Of a stretch of 64,000 bases of DNA, positions 1 to 9,445 are shown one piece after another. Numbering within the stretch: the stretch's first letter is position 1; each line of letters opens with the position of its first letter. The DNA comes from Endomicrobiales bacterium (GTDB lineage: Bacteria > Elusimicrobiota > Endomicrobiia > Endomicrobiales > CAWCFT01), in contig CAWCFT010000017.1 in the NCBI GenBank assembly GCA_963794945.1, positions 32,001 to 96,000 on the forward strand. Reading direction: 5' to 3'. The notes under the pieces are model-generated. The model had not been told where the DNA came from and searched no databases. It was given only the letters and a program-made list of their open reading frames with translations. The translations under genes were made by a program, and so were the position numbers.

Positions 1-1723
1 ATCCCAAATACCGCAATTGAACCAACCCATGCCTTGAAGGCGTCCTATATGCCGCATAGCCGGTATTCAAGTGGCGTAATTCCTGCGGATTGATGTGATA
101 CACATCAACAACTTTCTCGCTTCCCATTTCCGCGCCCTCTATGGCGCCGCTTAAAGCAACCTGTCGCGTAGTTTCAATGCCGCGATAGGTTCCTACCTCG
201 TTGCAGAAATCTTCCGCGTCATCATGATTTGCCTGTAATACTATGTGCGTCTTCGTGTTTGTCTTGATCTGCATATCATGCTGCGGGCTTATAGCGCTTA
301 AGTCGGCATTGCTCTGGTGCGCTATCGTAACCATGAACTTTGCTGACCTTCCCTGCGAAAGCGTCAATGCAAACGCTTCTGTACCAAACGCGCCGTATTC
401 ATCAATATATACCCCAAACCCTTCCCGTTCATCGCTGTTCTGTTTCATCCCGTTAAGCGTGTTTAAATCGCCTGTAATGATCCGCCCTAATCGTTTACCG
501 GTTTCACCACAGATGAGCATGTTCAGGGCAAAATATACGATCTTCTTTTTATCGTACGCCTCAAGCAGATTGATCTCCCCGGAATTGAAAAGACGGCTGA
601 ACCTAGTGTTCATCAATAAACTGATCTCGGCCTGTATCCCGAGAATATTCTTTTTGTGCTCATCATAGAATGCCAAAAACTTTGGGAACTCATCTGTAGG
701 CTTATTCAATGCTTCACATAAGGCGCCTAGCGTAACAATTCCTCTGCGTTCTAACAGTTCATCAAACAGTATCTGTAACCCGCTTTCACACTCCCGCTTA
801 TAGTGCGGCTCAGTAAAATCCATCGCCCCGATTATCTTATCTTTTAACTGTGTCGCGTTGCCTAACGCAAGCGGGTTATAGGTGTTTGATTTCTCAGGGT
901 TGCTCATTGAAAACATCAGGAAATCTTCTTTACGGCCCGCGTCAACCGCCATCTTATACATCGTCCGCGCGGTAGTTATATCCCCTTTCGCGTCAACAAA
1001 CACTATCCCCCTGCCCCTTTCCATATCCTGCTGGATCATAGGCAGTATCAATGACGACGTTTTCCCGCTCCCCGTCCCGCCAAGTATCTGTACATGTCGC
1101 AGCCGTTCTTCATCCGTTATTATCGCTGGTTTACGGTATTTGAAGTCATAGCCTAGAAACGTGAACCCGTATCCATTTCCCTTTGCTTCTTTCACCGCCT
1201 TCTTATATACCTTTCCCATATTTATTTCCTTTGGAACTGTGTTCCTGTACCGCTTGAGCTGGTCTTCAAACCTGTTGGGCCTGTTAAAAAATACAAAATA
1301 TATGAACCCCGCCTGCGGTAACGGGTTCGAGATCAAAAGCCATAACAGCCTGTACGGCCTTTTAAAATCTATCTTGCCCCATAACAAGAGCGATACATCC
1401 TTCTGCATTTTTTTCAAGGCTCTTGTAGCCCCGGGAAATGAGCTCAGCACAGTTTTATTCTTTTGGGCATACCAGGTGATTAGCTTGTAATGATCTATTG
1501 CCACTGCTCCCCAAAAACCAATATACGGAACTATGATTAACAACATCAAGAACCCTTGAGCTGAATCATATTTTGCTTTCTGCTGGTTCCTTAAATACCT
1601 GAACACCATAGCCATAGGCCAGGATACCAGGCACAACGGCAGTACAATATATAGGATCACATTACAAACAACCTTAAGCGGCACAACTCCTGAATGAAAG
1701 CCAACTTTGTATTCCTGTGACAT
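1..1723 (-). CDS. Type IV secretion coupling protein (VirD4/TraD/TraG-like ATPase), 3'-partial
   Basis: Manual minus-strand translation from ATG at 1723, open past the left edge so absent from the ORF track. N-terminal hydrophobic segments, Walker A HVQILGGTGSGKT, IVFVDAKGD, Walker B GVYIDEYGAF, then GRSAKFMVTIAHQS. Confidence 0.85.
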   Translation of the reverse strand, partial: MSQEYKVGFHSGVVPLKVVCNVILYIVLPLCLVSWPMAMVFRYLRNQQKAKYDSAQGFLMLLIIVPYIGFWGAVAIDHYKLITWYAQKNKTVLSSFPGATRALKKMQKDVSLLLWGKIDFKRPYRLLWLLISNPLPQAGFIYFVFFNRPNRFEDQLKRYRNTVPKEINMGKVYKKAVKEAKGNGYGFTFLGYDFKYRKPAIITDEERLRHVQILGGTGSGKTSSLILPMIQQDMERGRGIVFVDAKGDITTARTMYKMAVDAGRKEDFLMFSMSNPEKSNTYNPLALGNATQLKDKIIGAMDFTEPHYKRECESGLQILFDELLERRGIVTLGALCEALNKPTDEFPKFLAFYDEHKKNILGIQAEISLLMNTRFSRLFNSGEINLLEAYDKKKIVYFALNMLICGETGKRLGRIITGDLNTLNGMKQNSDEREGFGVYIDEYGAFGTEAFALTLSQGRSAKFMVTIAHQSNADLSAISPQHDMQIKTNTKTHIVLQANHDDAEDFCNEVGTYRGIETTRQVALSGAIEGAEMGSEKVVDVYHINPQELRHLNTGYAAYRTPSRHGLVQLRYLG

Positions 1724-2475
1724 CAGCATCCTCCCTGCCCATCAATAAGGCGGGCTTTAAAGATATTTACCTTTTCACCGTTTAAACCCTCGGCAAGAAC
1801 GTTCTCCCGTTTCTTAAGGAACTCCGCAAGGTCAAGAAAGAATACAGGCGTTTGTTTTGTCCCGTATTTCTCCAAAGTCTCAAGTGTCCGCTCTTTGATG
1901 ATCTGCTGGTTATAAAATATCAGTATGGCGTTTAAGTTTGAAGCGGCATAACCGGTAAGATTCCTGGCCACTATGCGCCGCGCCTCCGCGTTCTTGAGCG
2001 TCAGCTCTACCTCTACACCCGCTTTCTTTTCCTCCCCTTTGTTGTTTAAGAATACGAACTCCCCATCGCACACCTTTTGTCTGCCCAAGTCCCTTTTAAG
2101 CCGCGGCTCAGGGATATAATCTATAAGCTTGTCCCCTAATATCTTTTTGATCGTAAGATGCACTTTTATCAGCGAAGTATGATGATGAAAACCCGTGGGC
2201 CGGTAGGCGCAGGGGAAAAACCTTTCCACATGCCGGGCCCCGCCGCTTGCCTCAACGATCTTTTTCATGTCGTCCGGCAAATAATATGCCCTGCTCGGCC
2301 TTAAATGCGTAGAGAATGTCCCTAAAGTTCCTTTGGTAAAAAGATATTGTAAAACGCTGTAGGCATGGCGCGGATTTTCTGTGATCATTGATACTTCATC
2401 AACTGAAAGATACCCGTATTCCGCGGCTAACGTCACGATCTCTTCATGCAGCCTGCTGGTTAATAATTCGCTCAT
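1723..2475 (-). CDS. Putative relaxase, MOBC / replication-relaxation (Replic_Relax)-like PD-(D/E)xK protein
   Basis: wHTH-like N-terminus, HH motif and CDG...EVELTLK matching the MOBC D-x(n)-E-x-E-L-x-x-K signature. Stop codon overlaps the coupling-protein start. Confidence 0.65.
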   Translation of the reverse strand: MSELLTSRLHEEIVTLAAEYGYLSVDEVSMITENPRHAYSVLQYLFTKGTLGTFSTHLRPSRAYYLPDDMKKIVEASGGARHVERFFPCAYRPTGFHHHTSLIKVHLTIKKILGDKLIDYIPEPRLKRDLGRQKVCDGEFVFLNNKGEEKKAGVEVELTLKNAEARRIVARNLTGYAASNLNAILIFYNQQIIKERTLETLEKYGTKQTPVFFLDLAEFLKKRENVLAEGLNGEKVNIFKARLIDGQGGC

Positions 2476-2647
2476 ATTTTTCTTCCTTTTGCTTTTCTTT
2501 TACTCCTGCTTTTTTCCTTCCTTACTTCTTTGCCTTTCTGTTTCCTGTCCCTTCTTTTATTCTTCTTCCTTTACTTTTTTCTATTCTTTTTTTACTTACT
2601 ACTCTTTACTGCTTTACTTACTTCTACCCCTTACTCCTATTCCCATA

Positions 2648-2755
2648 ACACCACACCCATTTACCTTTACTTCATCTATATTTATATAGATGATGCGGGA
2701 GAGGGGTTTTCGGCCAAAGGCGAAAACCCCTCTCCCGGGTAAATGGGTGTGGTGT
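2648..2755. repeat. Nested inverted repeats (cloverleaf), oriT/origin candidate
   Basis: Perfect 18-bp outer IR (2648-2665 / 2738-2755) enclosing a 10-bp hairpin (2672-2693) and a 17-bp hairpin (2696-2737). Confidence 0.75.
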
Positions 2756-2811
2756 GACGTTGACTCTCCTGAAACATCGACAAAATAATTTTCATAACGT
2801 TTCTATGCCTT

Positions 2812-2997
2812 TTATGAAATAAATACACCCTGCTTAACCTGCCCGGCATTTTGAGCTTCAGTTCCAGTTGCCAGCTCTTTTAATGCCTTCTCCAGGCTCT
2901 TCTTGCGCCTTTTCTTCTCCCCTGACGACTGTTCCAGCTTGTTGATCTGGTTGTCCAGATCACGGACTTCTTTCTTCATGCGTTCTACTAAATCCAT
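2812..2997 (-). CDS. Small coiled-coil hypothetical protein (possible relaxosome accessory)
   Basis: 61-aa ORF with AAGGAGG RBS; charged heptad pattern. Confidence 0.6.
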   Translation of the reverse strand: MDLVERMKKEVRDLDNQINKLEQSSGEKKRRKKSLEKALKELATGTEAQNAGQVKQGVFIS

Positions 2998-3296
2998 GGT
3001 GTGCCTCCTTTTTGGTTTATTTGAGTCTTTCTTTTTGTTTCCGGCTTTGTTTTTTTGCTTTTAATTACCGCTCTTACACTTTATATAATTTATAAGAAGG
3101 GCAAAAAAATATAGCCCCCTACTTCGGAGCTTCATAAACATACTGCTCACGGCCTGCCTGCGATACCGATCTCCCTCGCCTCACTAATCCCATCTCGGTT
3201 AGCTTGCTCAGCCGTTCGTTTACTGCCGTAAGGGCTATTCCAAGTTTTTCCTTTAGCTCTATCGCTGTCACCGGCTTAGTGTATTTCCTTATTAAA

Positions 3297-3668
3297 TCAA
3301 ACGTTCTGACTGTTTGCCGGATGCACTTTGCCTACCAACCGCAAATCGTCGTTCTTCCTTTCTATCATTGCCAAGCCTAAGGTACTTAACGATACTTCAA
3401 GCTCCGAATAATTGTCCTTGGTCAAGTTTTCAACAATAAAAAAACGATTATTATACTGACTCGGCAAGTCCAGGATCGTTCTTCCAAAGAAATTGTTTAC
3501 AAAAGAGTAATTAATAGCTTGTACGTCTTTCATATCAATAACCAAAGTATCACCAGGGGATAAAGTTACCAGGGCGGCGGCGATGTCTTTCTGGTAAATC
3601 CTGCCCTGTTCGCCAGTCCATAAATTGGTTTGTTTACTTAGTTTTTGAAGGCTTATTTTCTTTTCCAT
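3297..3668 (-). CDS. STAS-like (DUF4325-type) protein
   Basis: Motif LVIDMKDVQAINYSFVNNFFG; lies downstream of an HATPase gene. Confidence 0.6.
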   Translation of the reverse strand: MEKKISLQKLSKQTNLWTGEQGRIYQKDIAAALVTLSPGDTLVIDMKDVQAINYSFVNNFFGRTILDLPSQYNNRFFIVENLTKDNYSELEVSLSTLGLAMIERKNDDLRLVGKVHPANSQNV

Positions 3669-3744
3669 TGCTTACACTGTAGCACATTTAATAAAGTTCT
3701 GTCAAGCCCTTTGGGAAAATATTTTGAAAATATTTTTTCAGGGC

Positions 3745-4605
3745 TCAATCATATAAAATTCCCTCAAGAACCTTTGCGTCAAGCTCAAGGACGACATGCA
3801 CCCCGCGTAAAATGGGGCATAAATTCCATTCACGTATTTTATCGATCCGATGCCGAACTTTCCCCTTTCCCGATTGTATCTGAACCGTACCGGAATGATT
3901 TTTCATAACCCTTAAAAGATGATACAGTCCGGTTCCCCTTACCGGGCTATCAAATTCGGAAGTTAGCGCTTTCGTGGCAAAATTTATCGCTTCCAGATCA
4001 GATTTAATCCCTTTATTTTTTATATTCCTTTTCAAGGACACCCGTAGCCCGACACCGCAGTCCGATATTCCTATCTCCAGAAAACTCTTTAACCCTGCTT
4101 TATACACCTGCATTGCGATAAATCCACATATTCCTTGATTATGCTCAAAGATGTTCTGGCAAACCTCGGAAATAACGTTAACTGTATCAATTGCCTCTCT
4201 TCGGGAATAATTAAGTCTGATGCGTAACGTGTTTAGTATCTGATCAAAAAGTTTCGGCAAGGCGTTAATACTTTCGAGCTTCTTTACTTCAATTAAGAAC
4301 CGGTTTAAGCCCTGTAATGCCTGGTAGTACCCGGCCATCTCGACTTCTGCCGGTTCGATTTTAGCCACCTGCCTGATACTCGGGATAAACCCGGCTCGCA
4401 TCAAATACAGGTACTTCTTCTCATTGAGTTTAACGGTTATTTGCTTCCCAAAACTGTGCAGGGAATGGCACAAAGCCGCCAACTGCACCAGTATTGCCGA
4501 AGAAATAAATTCTACCTGTCTAAGGTCGATTTCAACGACTGCTTTTCCGTATGGGTCAAGTTCCTCAATGAATTTATCAAAGGTAATCGGGGTGAGTTTT
4601 AACAT
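3745..4605 (-). CDS. STAS-domain + HATPase_c (GHKL) ATP-binding protein
   Basis: N-terminal IDLRQVEFISSA (STAS-like); N-box SEVCQNIFEH, G1 box DCGVG, G2 box RGTGLY. Confidence 0.75.
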   Translation of the reverse strand: MLKLTPITFDKFIEELDPYGKAVVEIDLRQVEFISSAILVQLAALCHSLHSFGKQITVKLNEKKYLYLMRAGFIPSIRQVAKIEPAEVEMAGYYQALQGLNRFLIEVKKLESINALPKLFDQILNTLRIRLNYSRREAIDTVNVISEVCQNIFEHNQGICGFIAMQVYKAGLKSFLEIGISDCGVGLRVSLKRNIKNKGIKSDLEAINFATKALTSEFDSPVRGTGLYHLLRVMKNHSGTVQIQSGKGKVRHRIDKIREWNLCPILRGVHVVLELDAKVLEGILYD

Positions 4606-4811
4606 GTTGGATTGTATTTGTAAAGTCGTGTGGCTGTTTTTGACCCTGTGATTGCAACATATTCTTATTATATTCCATCTGGAATAATCAATTACTTTTG
4701 AGAGTCAATTTTGGTTGCAACTTCACATTTTTGTAAGGCAGTATATACAGCGGACAATGTGTTGATAAGCTTGACCGAGTGAGTCTTGGTTGAGTAATTC
4801 ATGGCAATAAT

Positions 4812-5063
4812 TTATCTATAGACCTCTTTTCTATGGGCTATACGTAATATCAAAACACCGTCACCAATTTTAGTAAATATAACGCGGTAGTCACCGATTT
4901 CTATGCGAAAAAGACCCTTGTATTCACCCTTTAATGCTTTGACTTTATTGGTATTGTAGCAAGTGCCAACTTCCAGATCGTCAAGTATCTGCTTTCTGTG
5001 TTTTGGATGAATTCCATCAAGGTCTTTGAATACAGATTTTTTAAATCTTATGTTTTCCTTCAA
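4812..5063 (-). CDS. RelE/ParE-family toxin
   Basis: LKGEYKGLFRIEIGDYRVIF...RIAHRKEVYR is typical of RelE. Confidence 0.9.
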   Translation of the reverse strand: MKENIRFKKSVFKDLDGIHPKHRKQILDDLEVGTCYNTNKVKALKGEYKGLFRIEIGDYRVIFTKIGDGVLILRIAHRKEVYR

Positions 5064-5268
5064 CTAAGCCTCTCATCTCGCTGGATGTTATTATTTCATC
5101 ATCTTTGTCGTTCAATCTTTCAAGAGCAATTTGGTAATCAACATATTCGTCCATATAAGCTTCTACGGCTTTTCTAATTATAAAGCTCTTGCTTCTCTGC
5201 AACTGCTTTGCCGCTCTTTCAATTTTGTGTTCTAATGTTTCCGGTAATCTTAATCCTATTACAGACAT
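5041..5268 (-). CDS. Ribbon-helix-helix antitoxin (RelB/CopG-like)
   Basis: MSVIGLRLPE...RSKSFIIRKAVEAY RHH pattern, acidic C-terminus, overlaps the toxin gene. Confidence 0.85.
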   Translation of the reverse strand: MSVIGLRLPETLEHKIERAAKQLQRSKSFIIRKAVEAYMDEYVDYQIALERLNDKDDEIITSSEMRGLVEGKHKI

Positions 5269-5304
5269 ATTTATCACCACTCCTTTTTCTAACTTTCCAA
5301 TAAA

Positions 5305-5333
5305 AGTATAACATACAACAACAATGTTGTCAA
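5305..5333 (-). promoter_or_regulatory. Sigma70-type promoter of the TA operon with operator-like palindrome
   Basis: TTGACA-17 bp-TATACT; ACAAC-N3-GTTGT palindrome in the spacer. Confidence 0.6.
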
Positions 5334-5776
5334 GTGTTTAACAAACGATGATAGTAATGCTCTTAATCATCATAAGCATTAAATGAGCACGTTTAATAAT
5401 CTTTACCTTCCTTAACTGAACTATAATTTATTTCATGAAATAATTAGAAGGATTCAACATTATTTATTGATAATTCAATGGGAAATGAACAATCGACCAA
5501 GAATTACTTTTTCCTCAATATTCCTTCTTATGAATAGATTATACGATTTTAGTCTTTGATAAGCAAGATGCGTAACTACACAGTACCACCTACCAAACTG
5601 ATTATAGGAAATTAAAAAAAACACCCATTTACATTGTTTAAATTGACATAGAATGGATGTTTTTAATATTTGTGCCTGCAGTCTTTTGTTGTTTTTTTAA
5701 ATATACTTCCCGCAAGCTAACTTTCGAGTTATATTAAGATGTCTATCTTGTAACTTAATCCGAAATTGGACACTAC

Positions 5777-7042
5777 TTATCTACGGCAAATAGATGGGGT
5801 ATCGTCATTGGGATCACTTTTTGGCAGGCTTATAACAAAACTCGTATACTCGCCAGGCTTGCTTTCCACGCTGATACTGCCTTGATGCATGATTAATATT
5901 TGGCTGCACACTGCAAGCCCCAGACCGGTTCCTTTTGCTTTAGTGGTGTAAAAAGGGTCAAAAATCTTCGTTATTTCTGTTTGCTGTATCCCAACTCCGT
6001 TATCTTTTATTACGACCTTTACGCGCCCGTCTTCCAGCAATCCGTTAACATCTATCTTGCCGGATAATGTATTGACGGCGTCAAATGCGTTATTGAAAAC
6101 ATTGACAAACACTTCTTTTAGCTGCAGAGGATCGGCGATGCAGCGCGCACCGCTTAACCGGTCAATGCGCTTTGTTATCGTTACATTTTTCCCTTATTGT
6201 TCGCCCTGGAGTCTTCAATGCATTCATTTAGAATATCCGTTAAGTTTACGCGTTCACAATTTAACTTTTTAATCCTCGAATAATAGAGGAGATTATTGAT
6301 TATATGATTGCTCTCGTCTATTTTCTTAGCAATGTTGTTCAGGTGACTGTCCATACCCGGAGTCGTGGACTTTCTTTTAATATTGTAAGCGGCCAGGCTG
6401 ATTGCGGCAAGAGGGTTCCTTAATTCATGCGCGACAGTTGCAGCAAGTATGCCGATATCTGAAAGCCTCTGAGACCTTTCAAGTTCCAACCTTGCCGCCA
6501 ATAACTCCCGGGTTCTTGTTTCAACAAGTTTTTCTACAGTTGCCTTATCATTTTTAAGCGCTTCCTCAGCCCGTTTACGAATTGTGATGTCGCGTATGTT
6601 GCACTGTATGACTTTTTTGCCGCCTGCCAAATATACATTGCTGACGAATTCTACATTAACATGCCGTCCGTCCGCGGTTTCTAACGGCAAATTCTCATAT
6701 CGAATATATTCCTGCCGCTGCAATTCCAGAAACTTGCCCTTGTTGGCGATAGTATCTTTCAAAAACCCCAGTTGCCAGACCGCCTTGCCCTTTATCTGTT
6801 CAAGCGAATAACCCAGCAGTCTCTCCTAGAAATGGATTCACATCATCGACTATACCCGTTTCTGCGTCAAGGATCAGTATTCCATCTTTCGCAGATTCAA
6901 AAAGCCTACGATAGCGGACCTCCGACACAATCAGCTCCGCTTCCGTCATAATACGCCTGGCGTCAAGCGCTTCCAGAGCCGAAATGCGTCTTTTCAGGAG
7001 ACTTATTTTTTCCACACATTCTTCTTCTGTATTTTTTACCAT
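5777..7042 (-). CDS. PAS-domain sensor histidine kinase (split by two frameshifts)
   Basis: Fragments 6800-7042 (PAS start, RYRRLFESAKDGILILD), 6181-6762 (PAS + H-box AHELRNPL) and 5777-6112 (DNGVGI, FYTTK, GTGLGL) join with single-base shifts near 6825 and 6188. Confidence 0.85.
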
Positions 7043-7149
7043 TTTTATACCTTATAAATAATTGAATCTCTTGCAGGTTTTTGGATGATATCTTGCCGTC
7101 AATCCCGATGTTTAAGTCGTGGTTGATGCGCACTTTTTAAATTATCGGC

Positions 7150-8511
7150 TTAACTTAGCGCCGCCAGTTCTCCAACTTTTATGCATACTTCGGGCATTGT
7201 ATCTCTGTATGGTTCAAATATATGTTCGCGGATATGAGGCAGCCTGCGCATATCCACCTCAACAGTTTTTCGTATACCCAGGTTCATGGCGGAATACAAA
7301 AGAGGGTGAGACAGATTGCCGGCAAGCCTTTTTAAAATAGACGATATTTTGCTGAATTCTTTCTTAACCCATATTTCTCCGGATTGAAGTTCATCAGGCG
7401 TCATGTTCCTGGGCTTAAAAACGACTGTTGAATGGTCGTAATATTTCCAGTTCGCGGTTAAAAGACGCTTTTCTTTCTTAAATTGTTCGTAGACCCGCGT
7501 GCCCGCGTACGGGGTTAATATATTTAAAGAAGCAGTTCCTATCTTGTTCCTGTTCAGGAATTCAAGAGTTTCAGGAAAAATCTCTTTTGTGTCGCTGTCA
7601 AAGCCGAAAACAACCGAAGCATGGAAGTGAATGCCTATATCCTTAACCTTCTTGACAGCTTCCTCGATCTTTTCTATTTGTTTTATTGATTTCGGCATCC
7701 TGCTGAGCTGGGTCTCAGATACGCTTTCTACACCGAAGAAAAGGCCGACACAGCCGCTTTCTGCGGCAAGTTTCATCAGCCCTGTATCCTGAACGAAAGA
7801 AATGGAAGACTGCCCTACCCATTTAATCTTGAAAGGTTTTATTGCTTTAAAAAGCGCTTTGGCGTAAACAGGGTCGCCGATAATATTATCGTCAAGGAAT
7901 ATATAGGTTTTGTTATTGTATTGCTCCAATTGCCTGACTATATTTGCAATGGGAATATGCCGGATCTTCTTGCCGTACAATCCGGAAACACAGCAAAATT
8001 CGCAGCTGTAAGGGCATCCGCGTGTTGTCATTAGCGGGATAACGTTGAAAAGTCTATTTTTCGCGGGTTTCCTGTATTTCATGGAGATATACCCGTCTAA
8101 ACAAGGCGATTCATCGTGGTATATCCTTTGCAGTTTGCCTTCCTGAAAATCTATCAGCAGCTTTTCCCACACCGTTTCGCATTCTCCAACCACCACCGCG
8201 TCGCAATACCCAAGGGCTTCTTCGCTGAGCAGCGTCGGATGAACGCCTCCCAGCACAACTTTTTTGCCTCTTTTCCTGAACTCCCCAGAAAGATAATACG
8301 CGCGTGGAGCGTTCGAGGTCATGCAGCTTATGCCAACCAGATCGCAGTCCGCCTCAAGATCAACGTCTTCGATTTCCTCTTCGATTATCTTCACCTCATG
8401 CTGCGGAGGAGTCAGGCCCTCCAATATATGGAGAGCCAACTGCGGTATCATCAGGCCGCTGGGAGTTTTTATTTCCGGGTCTGCGCTGGGTGAAATCAAT
8501 AATATTTTCAT
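7150..8511 (-). CDS. B12-binding domain radical SAM protein
   Basis: CxxxCxxC in TRGCPYSCEFC; B12-binding VVLGGVHPT...VVVGECE. Confidence 0.9.
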   Translation of the reverse strand: MKILLISPSADPEIKTPSGLMIPQLALHILEGLTPPQHEVKIIEEEIEDVDLEADCDLVGISCMTSNAPRAYYLSGEFRKRGKKVVLGGVHPTLLSEEALGYCDAVVVGECETVWEKLLIDFQEGKLQRIYHDESPCLDGYISMKYRKPAKNRLFNVIPLMTTRGCPYSCEFCCVSGLYGKKIRHIPIANIVRQLEQYNNKTYIFLDDNIIGDPVYAKALFKAIKPFKIKWVGQSSISFVQDTGLMKLAAESGCVGLFFGVESVSETQLSRMPKSIKQIEKIEEAVKKVKDIGIHFHASVVFGFDSDTKEIFPETLEFLNRNKIGTASLNILTPYAGTRVYEQFKKEKRLLTANWKYYDHSTVVFKPRNMTPDELQSGEIWVKKEFSKISSILKRLAGNLSHPLLYSAMNLGIRKTVEVDMRRLPHIREHIFEPYRDTMPEVCIKVGELAALS

Positions 8512-8528
8512 ATTAACCTCTCTTTTGT

Positions 8529-9200
8529 TTAAGCTTTGGCTGCCATCAAATCAAAATGAAATTTTTTATGCGCGTTTCTGACAATATAAAATACCACAAA
8601 ACTCATTACGGCCGCAAAAAAACACCATACGGAAGTTAGGCACCGCGTGTAAAACAAAGCCGAGACAACAAACGACACCCCCATAATTATTCCCAGAATA
8701 CCGGTTCTTTTTATACTTGAAACGAAAAGAGGCGGCAAGGTAGCGGTCAGATACATCAGTAAGGCCAGGGCTGCAAAAGAATTGAAGGCGCCGCTTTGAT
8801 AGATAATATGCCTTCTTGTGATCTCGGCGTGAACATCATAAAACACCAGCCTGAATGAATAGTATAACGCGACAGCCGCTCCCAAAACCAGCAATCCGAA
8901 TAAGATTCTTTTTCGCGTTTCATTTTCTTCCAGCAATAAGACAGAAAGTGGTATCAGGATTGGCCAGATGACCTGAGCCATTATTACAAATATATAAGTG
9001 GAAACCGACTGCAGCAAAGCATACCCCGCATGCCCTATAGACACCCATAAAACACCTTCCGCAAACTGCTGAAAAGCAAAAAATAATGGGATACTGGCTA
9101 AAACTATCTGAGACGGCTTATGAACTTTTCTTAACGTTTCAGTGGCTACAAACGTAAGCAATACACCTGCGGTAAAACTTGCTCCTGCCGAAAAGCACAT
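8529..9200 (-). CDS. Integral membrane protein (DUF6629-like)
   Basis: MCFSAGASF start, QQFAEGVLW and SVWCFFAA motifs, about 7 TM segments. Confidence 0.7.
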   Translation of the reverse strand: MCFSAGASFTAGVLLTFVATETLRKVHKPSQIVLASIPLFFAFQQFAEGVLWVSIGHAGYALLQSVSTYIFVIMAQVIWPILIPLSVLLLEENETRKRILFGLLVLGAAVALYYSFRLVFYDVHAEITRRHIIYQSGAFNSFAALALLMYLTATLPPLFVSSIKRTGILGIIMGVSFVVSALFYTRCLTSVWCFFAAVMSFVVFYIVRNAHKKFHFDLMAAKA

Positions 9201-9231
9201 ATTTGCTCCTTTTTGTCGGTTGGGATCTGAT

Positions 9232-9435
9232 TTATTTTTTGGACACACCGAACAAGCCAAAAATTCCTATTCCTGCCGTGAACGCGCCTCCTATCATAAA
9301 CCATATTGTCTTGTTTGTGGGTGAACCCGTAAAAAAGCGCGAGATGTCGGAATTAAACGAATTTGAGGCGTTGATGCCATAGATGATCAAGATAATTCCA
9401 ACAACAAGAAGAACCACTGCTAAACCTTTATTCAT
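9232..9435 (-). CDS. DUF3185-family small membrane protein
   Basis: SDISRFFTGSPTNKTIW signature between two TM helices. Confidence 0.8.
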   Translation of the reverse strand: MNKGLAVVLLVVGIILIIYGINASNSFNSDISRFFTGSPTNKTIWFMIGGAFTAGIGIFGLFGVSKK

Positions 9436-9445
9436 ACTAACCTCC

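Noticed and set aside
243..1490. Plus-strand ORFs 243-668, 882-1151 and 1161-1490
   Set aside because: Antisense shadows of the coupling-protein gene, which has clear motifs on the minus strand.
2381..2742. Three Phe/Leu/Ser-rich plus-strand ORFs
   Set aside because: Artefacts of the pyrimidine-rich tract; no RBS or protein-like composition.
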